Source of the DNA: Massilicoli timonensis
Lineage (GTDB): Bacteria; Bacillota_I; Bacilli_A; Erysipelotrichales; Erysipelotrichaceae
DNA: 32,000 bases
NCBI RefSeq assembly: GCF_900199515.1
Contig: NZ_LT963432.1
Location: 83,729 to 115,728, forward strand
Direction of reading: 5' to 3'
Position 1 is the first letter of the stretch; every line of letters starts with the position of its first letter. Of this stretch, positions 8,971 through 17,660 are shown one piece after another. The position numbers were made by a program, and so were the translations under genes. A model generated the notes under the pieces. That model made no database searches and had not been told where the DNA came from. It saw nothing but the letters and a program-made list of their open reading frames with translations.

Positions 8971-10736
8971 ACTGTTTGCTCCTTTCGATAATACTGTGCC
9001 TGCACCTCATACAGTTCTGCATAACGGCCTTGCTGCGCCAACAGTTCCGTATGTGTGCCTCTTTCGATGATTTTTCCTTTTTCCAAATACAAGATCGCAT
9101 CACAAAATTTCGTTGAAGCCAGCCGGTGTGAGATAAAGATCGATGTCTTATCTGTGCACATCGCGGCATATTGCTCATACAGCGCCGCTTCGGCAAGGGC
9201 ATCCAGCGCTGCGCTTGGCTCATCTAAGATCAAGATCTTGCCATCATGATAAAGCGCTCTGGCAAGCATCAGTTTCTGGGTTTCCCCACCCGATAAATGA
9301 ACGCCGTTTTCTTCGATCAGATTCGTTAAAGGCGTATGGATCCCATTTGGCAAAGCATGGATCGCCTCTGCCAGTCCTGCCTGTTTCAAAGCCTCCCATA
9401 CCGCCTTTTCCTCATATTCATCATCACAAGACACATTTTGTGCAAGCGACAAAGCAAATACAGCCGCATCCTGAAACACGATCGAAATCAAATCAGAACG
9501 CTGTTTGGCACTGAGCTTGGTTACCTCTACCCCATCGATCAAGACCCTTCCCCGCTGGGGCACATAAAGACCGCAAAGCAGCTTCATCAAGGTTGATTTT
9601 CCCGCACCGTTGATTCCTACCAGCGCCACCTTTTCTTTGGCATGAATCGTCAGGCAAAAATCCTCGAAGATCCAGTCACCGCCCTCATAGCGGAAAGACA
9701 CATGATCAAATTCGATCTTACCGATCGGATCAGAAAGTGACAATGTCGCATCCTTTTGCTGATACTTTTCCATGAATTGCCGATAATCGTTGATCCCGCG
9801 ATGATCCATCTGCATATGATTCAATGACTTTACGAGCGCTTTGGTCCAAGTAGACAAAGAAGCAACCAAGGAAACATATAAAACAAAAGTATCCATCGCC
9901 ATACCTTTCATCGCCTGATCGATCAGCCAAAGATAAGCGATCCCATCACGCAGCAGCAAAACAAATGCTTCTTTGATCTGCGCATAAAAGTATCGTTTCT
10001 GTACCTTTTGGTTCCACTTGATACAATGTGCCGATAAACGGGTAACTTTGCCCATGATCCAATCTTGCAGCTGATAAAGGCGAATGTCTTTTGCCGGATC
10101 CGGTTTCGTAAATAAAAACTGTAAACGCGAGAATAAACGCGCTTCTTTTATCCAATCCTGTTTATGCGTTTGTTCATAGGTTCTGGCACGCCGATACATG
10201 CACATCTGCAAAAGCGCAACAAGTGCGAACAGGACAGAAAACAGCAGATCATCCTTGGCAATGATCAGGATATAGGCAAGCAGACCGCATAGAGAAGAAA
10301 GCGCGGTTTTTCCTTCCCGAATGATACCCTCAAATCCATACTCATTGGCATTCACAGAATACATGACTGCCTGCGCCTGCTCATCACGAATCTTAGGATT
10401 TTCCAGATCGCTGTATGCCATGTGCAAAACCTGTTCCATCATGTCTAAGCTGTAGGTAAAGCGCAAACCGATCAAACGTGCCGCATTGTATTCGCTCAAG
10501 CGAGAACTGCCATAAGAACAAAGAAGCAGTGCTAAGGCATATACACCCAGCATCGTGAAAGCCTGCGCATAAGATGACTGCGCAGCACACCAAAGCAGAA
10601 ATGCAGGAAACACATTCACCAGCAATGGGAAAAGAACGGAAAGCACGACCTCCAACAATAAGGTTACAAGCAGCTTTGCATCAAATGTATGAATACGCTG
10701 AAAGATCGCTTTCAGATTGTAAGCAATAGAATACAT
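8967..10736 (-). CDS. ABC exporter, fused permease/ATP-binding subunit (upstream partner)
   Basis: Walker A GINGAGKST, signature LSGGETQK, Walker B ILILDEPSAALD and H-loop ISHRL. Start chosen at ATG 10736 (MYSIAYNL), preceded by caggaggtgtct; the listed longer ORF (to 10829) runs into the promoter region. Confidence 0.85.
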   Translation of the reverse strand: MYSIAYNLKAIFQRIHTFDAKLLVTLLLEVVLSVLFPLLVNVFPAFLLWCAAQSSYAQAFTMLGVYALALLLCSYGSSRLSEYNAARLIGLRFTYSLDMMEQVLHMAYSDLENPKIRDEQAQAVMYSVNANEYGFEGIIREGKTALSSLCGLLAYILIIAKDDLLFSVLFALVALLQMCMYRRARTYEQTHKQDWIKEARLFSRLQFLFTKPDPAKDIRLYQLQDWIMGKVTRLSAHCIKWNQKVQKRYFYAQIKEAFVLLLRDGIAYLWLIDQAMKGMAMDTFVLYVSLVASLSTWTKALVKSLNHMQMDHRGINDYRQFMEKYQQKDATLSLSDPIGKIEFDHVSFRYEGGDWIFEDFCLTIHAKEKVALVGINGAGKSTLMKLLCGLYVPQRGRVLIDGVEVTKLSAKQRSDLISIVFQDAAVFALSLAQNVSCDDEYEEKAVWEALKQAGLAEAIHALPNGIHTPLTNLIEENGVHLSGGETQKLMLARALYHDGKILILDEPSAALDALAEAALYEQYAAMCTDKTSIFISHRLASTKFCDAILYLEKGKIIERGTHTELLAQQGRYAELYEVQAQYYRKEQTV

Positions 10737-10761
10737 AGACACCTCCTGATCTGTCATATAA

Positions 10762-10806
10762 CATAACATTGTTTTATTTATCGTTATACTATCATAACAT
10801 TGTTTT
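10762..10806. promoter_or_regulatory. Two perfect 14-bp direct repeats (cataacattgtttt) upstream of the ABC exporter pair; candidate operator
   Basis: The copies lie at 10762-10775 and 10793-10806, 31 bp apart start to start. Each contains the mini-palindrome aacattgtt. On the minus strand each reads AAAACAATGTTATG and abuts a -10-like TATGAT/TATGTT. Confidence 0.4.
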
Positions 10807-10891
10807 GTTATAAAGAGTGAATTTATCATTATTTCAACTTACATCTCTTTCTCTATGCTTTTTCTTTGCTCATGATTCTCTTTGCATGCGC

Positions 10892-10918
10892 AAAAAACCT
10901 CTCTGCTATACAGAGAGG
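10892..10918 (-). terminator. Terminator of the pncA-pncB-membrane protein operon
   Basis: Perfect 8-bp stem cctctctg (10898-10905) / cagagagg (10911-10918). On the minus strand it is followed by tttttt (10892-10897). Confidence 0.75.
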
Positions 10919-10927
10919 TCGTGTCCG

Positions 10928-11581
10928 TTATTGCGTTTTACGAATATTGCGTTCATAAAATACTTCGGGGATCCTTGTAAAAAAATTTTGTTTTTTGCTG
11001 TGATAAGCGCGCATTACGAATAATGTAATTAGAATACCGCCTACAAAAGCAGACATCGTATCCGTGATCGAATCATGAACGCCCTGTGTATAATGATTGA
11101 TACAGTCATTATCAAAAAAGATCAGCATCGCATATTCATAATATTCCCATAACAGTGCGATAGCCATATTGCAGGCATTGATAAAAACCAAAAAGAGCCG
11201 ATAGCACTTGCGGTCCTCTAAGCGATTGCTTTGACGAATCAGATAAAAGAGGATCATCGCCGCCAATGTCGCAAATAAACCGGAACAAAAATGTACGACC
11301 TTATCAAAGAAGAACAGCGAATAACCGCCTAAGCAACTGCCGATCAGCGACGCAAAGTAACAGAAGCAGGTCGATAAAATATAAATCTCATAGATCGGCT
11401 GAAAATGAAATAAGCGAAACAGCAGCGGCACGATCAAAGGACATAGAATTGACACAAAGCCCATATAAAACGCTTGCTTATCACTTTCATAATTGATGAT
11501 AAACGCATAAAGCAAGGTCAAGGCATAAATAACAGCAACGAACAGGTTGATCTGCTTTAATCTTTTTTCGCTAAGATTCAT
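10928..11581 (-). CDS. Integral membrane protein, DUF2238/YjdF-like (tentative)
   Basis: About 6 hydrophobic segments. The motifs FDKVVHFCSG, LLWEYYEYA and GVHDSITDTMSAFVGG resemble the DUF2238 pattern as I remember it. The ATG at 11581 overlaps the 3' end of pncB by 11 nt. Confidence 0.45.
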   Translation of the reverse strand: MNLSEKRLKQINLFVAVIYALTLLYAFIINYESDKQAFYMGFVSILCPLIVPLLFRLFHFQPIYEIYILSTCFCYFASLIGSCLGGYSLFFFDKVVHFCSGLFATLAAMILFYLIRQSNRLEDRKCYRLFLVFINACNMAIALLWEYYEYAMLIFFDNDCINHYTQGVHDSITDTMSAFVGGILITLFVMRAYHSKKQNFFTRIPEVFYERNIRKTQ

Positions 11582-13052
11582 GACGGATATCTCCCAGCAT
11601 CTTCAATTTCAGATTCAGCAGTTTTTCCGTTACATCGACATAATAGATCTGCGGATATTCAAAGCGAAAGATCTCATCCCAAAGATGCGCCAATTCTTCT
11701 TTTGCATAGGCGCGGATCTCTCCTAGGCTTGGCACATCGTAAACCAGCTTGCCATCAATAAAGATCGGCTGTAAAAGCGAACGTAATTGATAAGTACCGC
11801 CTTTGAAAGTCTTGTTTTTCCAACTGTTCATCGGATGATAGATCGTAAGATCCTGCTTTTCATCCAGCGTTTCTTCATATAATGCCATCACATCGCCCAT
11901 CGCCTTTCCGCTTTCCTTATCATAAATGCGATACAGGTTTTTATAGCCGGGGTTGGTGATTTTCTCCACATTTTCACTGATCTTGATCTTCGGGATCCAA
12001 ACATCGTCTTTTTTTACCGCACTCATTTTATAAACACCGCCAAATACCGGCGTACTGCGGGAACAGATCATGTTTTCACCGACTCCGAAAGAATCGATCT
12101 GCGCCCCTTGCTCGATGAGGGATTTGATGATGTATTCATCAAAAGAATTGGAAGCGACGATCTTACAGTCCTGCATCCCTGCTCGGTCGAGTTCTTTGCG
12201 GATCTTCTTGGAAAGATAAGCGATGTCACCGCTGTCGATCCTTACTCCCGCCATGCGCTTGCCCATCGGCTCCAGCACTTCTTTAGCAACCTTGATCGCA
12301 TTAGGCAGACCGCTTTTTAATGTATCATAGGTATCCAGCAAGACCGTACAGCTGTCCGGATAAGTCAGAGCATAGGCACGAAATGCCTCATACTCGCTTT
12401 CATACGACTGAATAAAAGAATGCGCCATGGTGCCTAATACCGGGATCCCAAATTTTTCCCCTGAGAAAGTAGTGGCAGTACCGACGACTCCGCCGATATA
12501 AGCTGCCCGTGCTCCATAGTTGGCCGCATCGAAATTATGTGCACGTCTTGCCCCAAACTCCATGACCGCACGTCCCTTCGCACTGCGTACGATCCTGCTT
12601 GCTTTGGTCGCAATCAGTGTTTGATGATTCAACGCCAGCAACAATGCGGTTTCCAGCAGCTGTGCTTCGATGATCTTTGCCTTCACCCGCAATAACGGCT
12701 CATATGGAAAAACCGGTGTGCCTTCTGGGACCGCATAGATCTCGCCGGTAAAGATAAAATGACGCAGATAGTCTAAAAATGGTTCACTGAATTTCTGCAA
12801 GGAGCGTAAGTAGTCGATGTCCTCATTTGTAAAATGCAGATTCTGCACATAACCGATCACCTGTTCCAGACCGGAAAAAAGCGCATAGCCGCCGCCGTCC
12901 GGGTTACGTCGATAAAACAGATCAAAGACGACTTCCTTATCTTTTTCTTTGCTGTTGAAATAACACTGTGACATCGTAAGTTCATAAAAATCCATTACCA
13001 GACTCAAATTCCGTTCATCACGAAAATCAAATTTTTCATCATACGTATCCAT
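11571..13052 (-). CDS. pncB: Nicotinate phosphoribosyltransferase
   Basis: Family-typical N-terminus LVMDFYELTMSQCYF, the GTMAHSFIQS motif, a length of about 490 aa, and an adjacent nicotinamidase-like gene. Confidence 0.85.
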   Translation of the reverse strand: MDTYDEKFDFRDERNLSLVMDFYELTMSQCYFNSKEKDKEVVFDLFYRRNPDGGGYALFSGLEQVIGYVQNLHFTNEDIDYLRSLQKFSEPFLDYLRHFIFTGEIYAVPEGTPVFPYEPLLRVKAKIIEAQLLETALLLALNHQTLIATKASRIVRSAKGRAVMEFGARRAHNFDAANYGARAAYIGGVVGTATTFSGEKFGIPVLGTMAHSFIQSYESEYEAFRAYALTYPDSCTVLLDTYDTLKSGLPNAIKVAKEVLEPMGKRMAGVRIDSGDIAYLSKKIRKELDRAGMQDCKIVASNSFDEYIIKSLIEQGAQIDSFGVGENMICSRSTPVFGGVYKMSAVKKDDVWIPKIKISENVEKITNPGYKNLYRIYDKESGKAMGDVMALYEETLDEKQDLTIYHPMNSWKNKTFKGGTYQLRSLLQPIFIDGKLVYDVPSLGEIRAYAKEELAHLWDEIFRFEYPQIYYVDVTEKLLNLKLKMLGDIRHES

Positions 13053-13061
13053 AAAAACCTC

Positions 13062-13676
13062 CTAGTAAGTGAAGTCTTTGACGACTTCCACCGCATTGCC
13101 CGCCATATTGGCGATCGCAAATGCATTGCAGGTATAAGCGTCATGCACCTGATCGATGTGATAAGTATCGATCATGGAGATCGGCACCACGACACGCTGG
13201 TCGATCTGTTTTTCATTCAAGTACGCCCGCAGCGTCAAAGCAAACTGCAAGATACAGATATCGGTGCAGCAACCAACGATCACAAACGTATCGTAATCAT
13301 TTTGATGTGCCGCATAATAAGCCTGCCAGTTTGGCGAAGTAAATGTGCACGTACTGTTTTTGGTTAATTTGGTTTTCACGTATGGCTGTAATGGAGCAAC
13401 GATTTCACTTTCTTCACTGCCCTTTAGACAATGTGGCGGATAGGATCGAAATTCCAGTGCATTGGGCTCATGCGTATCGGCGACAAAAACACAATCGCCT
13501 CCCTGTTTCAGCAAGGTTTCGATTACCGGTATGATTTCCATGATCGCAGGATCTGCCAACGCCCCTTCTTTCACAAAACCGTTGATCATATCAACGACAA
13601 CGACGCACACCTTTCCATATTGCCCAAAAGGCACAGTTGCGTACTGCTTCAAAAACGAATCACTTACTCTTGCCAT
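13062..13676 (-). CDS. pncA: Isochorismatase-family cysteine hydrolase, probable nicotinamidase
   Basis: Isochorismatase-like fold motifs VVVDMINGF and catalytic-Cys context VGCCTDICI. It lies 9 nt upstream of pncB in the same orientation. Confidence 0.7.
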   Translation of the reverse strand: MARVSDSFLKQYATVPFGQYGKVCVVVVDMINGFVKEGALADPAIMEIIPVIETLLKQGGDCVFVADTHEPNALEFRSYPPHCLKGSEESEIVAPLQPYVKTKLTKNSTCTFTSPNWQAYYAAHQNDYDTFVIVGCCTDICILQFALTLRAYLNEKQIDQRVVVPISMIDTYHIDQVHDAYTCNAFAIANMAGNAVEVVKDFTY

Positions 13677-13703
13677 CCTGCTTCACTCCTTTTATCTTTT
13701 TCT

Positions 13704-13712
13704 ATTATACCA
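13704..13712 (-). promoter_or_regulatory. Extended -10 promoter element upstream of pncA
   Basis: The minus strand reads TGgTATAAT (13712 to 13704), about 28 nt upstream of the pncA ATG (SD aaaaggagtg). The -35 is weak (TTGTTA at a 19-nt spacing). Confidence 0.5.
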
Positions 13713-13752
13713 TGTTTTAGAAAAAGCGTAACAAAAAGCGACCCTCTGTTGG

Positions 13753-15840
13753 TCAAAGCGAAGCAAACAGCAAATGACAAAGCGATAATCCCTGATACAG
13801 CAGGAAACACACAAGATAAGGCAGTAAACTCATCAGCAGCAAAGAGGCAAGCATAGTGCGCAAGCCATATTCTTTGCGCAGCGCCTGTAAGGTCATGATA
13901 CAGGGAACGCTCAATAAAATATAGACCAGAAAGCTGAAAGCTCTTGCCTTGGCATTTTCATCATGCCACAGCAAAGCGATCGTTTTTGTCGTATCTTCCT
14001 CTTTTTGTCCCTGCAAGGTCATGCTGGCAAAGAACGTGTCTGCTAAGCGCTTAGGCAACTGCTTTGTTTCATCCTGAAACACAAAAGGCATTTCTGCGGC
14101 GGAAGCATCTGCCAGCTGTCCTAAAAAGCCGATCACACTTTCTTTCGCGATGATCCCGCTTGGTAATGCCGCCACACTTTTCCAATTCGTACCGAAGCCA
14201 AGCGGCTCAAAGGCTATGGAAACCGGTTTGGCTGCCTGCGCCAGATAACTGTCCTGCAAACTGCCGTTAGGGAAATAAGTGAGCGCCCATAAGACAATAA
14301 TGACCCATATTACCAAAGACATCGTCTTTTTTACATAACCGCGCACCTCTTGTTTGATCTTTTGCATGATCATTTTCATACGCGGCAGGCGATAAGGCGG
14401 CAGCTGCATCAAATAAAGCGTTTGTGCCTTTGTGGTGTGGTTTTCAAACTGGTGAAGCAGAAACGACAAAACAAGGGCGATCCAGATGCCGATCGCATAG
14501 AGCAAGATGATGACATAAGGCGCTTGATTGCCGAAAAACGCGCCGGCAAACAGAACATAAACCGGCAGCCTTGCTCCACAGGACATAAACGGCACAAGCA
14601 GCGCCGTACGTTTGCGCAGTGCTTCGCTTTCAATCGTACGGGTCGCATAGATCGCCGGTACATTACAGCCAAAACCTAACACAAAAGCGACAAAGCTGCG
14701 CCCGCTTAAATGAAAAAAGCGCATGATCCGATCCATCAGAAAGGCGATCCTTGCCATATAGCCGCTTTCCTCCAACACAGCCATCGCCCCATACATATAC
14801 GCCATCAGCGGTACAAAGCTCAGCACGCTGCCAACGCCTGCCAACAGACCATTTTGTATCAATGCACGCACCCATGCCGGTACATCACCCAAAATTTTCG
14901 CACATACAGCGCCGCAATAATCCTGGATCAGATATTGGATAAAGGCAGTCCACGGCGCACTGCCGCGAAAGATCACCAGCAGCACAAAGAAAAAGACAAC
15001 GGCAAACAAAGGAAGTCCCCAGAAGCGGTGCAAAAGGATCTGATCGAGCTTGTAAGTAAAAGCATTGCGTTTTTTCATGTCTGCGTGCACATAACCCATC
15101 ATGCTTTCTACCGCATCCATGCGCAACTGATCCCAATCAGCCAACTGCTTTTGATAACGCATGACCCCATCATCGATCTGAAGCAGATGCAGATGGTGCA
15201 TGATCGCGGCATCTTCGTTTACCACGCCGATTCCCAGACGAAAGATTGCCTTGGCATCACTTTCGACAGTCTGGATCTTGCTTTTTATGTAAGAGAGCAG
15301 CTGCGTAAATTGGTGTTCCTTTAACGGATTGAGGAGCGGATAATAAAATACTGTATCATTCACATGGCAAAGCAGCGCTTTTTTTACTTTGTCGTAATCA
15401 TTTCTATCAAGTGCACTGGCACAGATGATCGGCACTTGCAACCGCCTTGACAGCTTTTCGGTTTCGATCAGCATGCCATGCTTTTCCACCTCGTCCATAA
15501 AGTTCAACAGCAGCATCATCGGTATCTGCAATTCTCTTAACAACAGTGTGAGATACAGACTGCGCTTCATATCGGTCGCATCAATGACCTGTACGATCAG
15601 ATCCGGCGTATGTTCTTTCAGATAGTTTTGCGTGATCGCTTCCTCTCCCTGCGTTTCCTTTAGCGCATAAATTCCAGGCAGATCGATCAAATGATAAGAC
15701 TGATCCCAGTTCACATAAGCTTCTTTTTTCGCAACCGTTACTCCGGCCCAGTTGCCTACCTGCAGATCCGCATGTGCCAAGGCATTGATCCAGGCGCTTT
15801 TCCCGACATTGGGATTGCCGATAAAGGCGATTTCTTTCAT
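13753..15840 (-). CDS. feoB: Ferrous iron transporter FeoB
   Basis: N-terminal G domain (GNPNVGKSAWINAL, DLPGIY) followed by a large polytopic membrane domain. It lies directly downstream of feoA, with a 4-nt gap. Confidence 0.9.
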   Translation of the reverse strand: MKEIAFIGNPNVGKSAWINALAHADLQVGNWAGVTVAKKEAYVNWDQSYHLIDLPGIYALKETQGEEAITQNYLKEHTPDLIVQVIDATDMKRSLYLTLLLRELQIPMMLLLNFMDEVEKHGMLIETEKLSRRLQVPIICASALDRNDYDKVKKALLCHVNDTVFYYPLLNPLKEHQFTQLLSYIKSKIQTVESDAKAIFRLGIGVVNEDAAIMHHLHLLQIDDGVMRYQKQLADWDQLRMDAVESMMGYVHADMKKRNAFTYKLDQILLHRFWGLPLFAVVFFFVLLVIFRGSAPWTAFIQYLIQDYCGAVCAKILGDVPAWVRALIQNGLLAGVGSVLSFVPLMAYMYGAMAVLEESGYMARIAFLMDRIMRFFHLSGRSFVAFVLGFGCNVPAIYATRTIESEALRKRTALLVPFMSCGARLPVYVLFAGAFFGNQAPYVIILLYAIGIWIALVLSFLLHQFENHTTKAQTLYLMQLPPYRLPRMKMIMQKIKQEVRGYVKKTMSLVIWVIIVLWALTYFPNGSLQDSYLAQAAKPVSIAFEPLGFGTNWKSVAALPSGIIAKESVIGFLGQLADASAAEMPFVFQDETKQLPKRLADTFFASMTLQGQKEEDTTKTIALLWHDENAKARAFSFLVYILLSVPCIMTLQALRKEYGLRTMLASLLLMSLLPYLVCFLLYQGLSLCHLLFASL

Positions 15841-15844
15841 CTTC

Positions 15845-16066
15845 TCACTCCTTCAACAAGATTTGATGCGCGTCTTTGCGGCGAATGGCAAAAAAGATGC
15901 CTTCGATTTCAAAAAGCAATGGATCATGAAGCGGTGCACAACGCAAAAAACAGATCTTGGCACCCGCATAGATACCCTGATGAAAAAAATGATCATGAAG
16001 CTTTGCGGGAACATCGATCTTTGCGATCTTTGCACATGCGCCGCTTGCTAATTCATCTGCACGCAT
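15845..16066 (-). CDS. feoA: FeoA family iron transport accessory protein
   Basis: A 73-aa SH3-like FeoA pattern (L..G....I..I......L...GI..G..I.......P......G....IRR.DA..I) immediately upstream of feoB. Confidence 0.8.
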   Translation of the reverse strand: MRADELASGACAKIAKIDVPAKLHDHFFHQGIYAGAKICFLRCAPLHDPLLFEIEGIFFAIRRKDAHQILLKE

Positions 16067-16125
16067 CGTATCACCATTCTCACCTTATGCAAAGCTTCTT
16101 TGGGTTATGTATAGGTAACAATAAT

Positions 16126-16156
16126 TGAAATAATTTTCATGAAAAATAATATTTCT
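16126..16156. promoter_or_regulatory. Tandem AT-rich imperfect palindromes in the feoA/gdhA divergent region; possible Fur-family box
   Basis: TGAAAtaatTTTCA (16126-16139; 5-bp arms) is directly followed by tGAAAaataataTTTCt (16140-16156). The composition and ATAAT cores resemble Fur/PerR-type 7-1-7 boxes (TGATAATnATTATCA), but the match is partial. Confidence 0.3.
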
Positions 16157-16169
16157 GTTTTCTTTTTTA

Positions 16170-16197
16170 TTGCATTCCCGCTTGATCGTTGTATAAT
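16170..16197 (+). promoter_or_regulatory. Putative sigma-A promoter of gdhA
   Basis: TTGCAT (16170-16175), a 16-nt spacer, then TATAAT (16192-16197), 26 nt before the gdhA ATG (SD agaggtg). Confidence 0.6.
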
Positions 16198-16205
16198 AGG
16201 AATAG

Positions 16206-17558
<1,353 letters not shown>

Positions 17559-17572
17559 CATGCAGTGCCGAC

Positions 17573-17601
17573 AGGAAGTTTCATTTGAAACTTCCTTTTT
17601 T
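17573..17601 (+). terminator. gdhA terminator
   Basis: 10-bp stem aggaagtttc (17573-17582) / gaaacttcct (17587-17596), followed by a T-run. Confidence 0.8.
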
Positions 17602-17605
17602 ACGC

Positions 17606-17660
17606 AAAAAAGTCTTGTATTCCCCTTGTTCATAGGGAAACCGCAAGACTTCTTTTTTTT
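17606..17660. terminator. Bidirectional terminator (serves the minus-strand surface-protein gene)
   Basis: Outer stem agtcttg (17611-17617) / caagact (17644-17650) with inner pairing ttcccc/agggaa. It has an A-run on the left and a T-run of 8 or more on the right. Confidence 0.65.

Noticed and set aside
14710-15324. A 204-aa plus-strand ORF, plus several 60-110-aa ORFs, antisense to feoB.
   Set aside because: It lies entirely inside the well-supported feoB frame on the opposite strand and has no SD. The composition is low-complexity and rich in His/Gln/Arg, typical of shadow frames. The same reasoning applies to 4370-4720, 4645-4938, 22596-22952, 23122-23448, 23986-24345 and 29154-29534.
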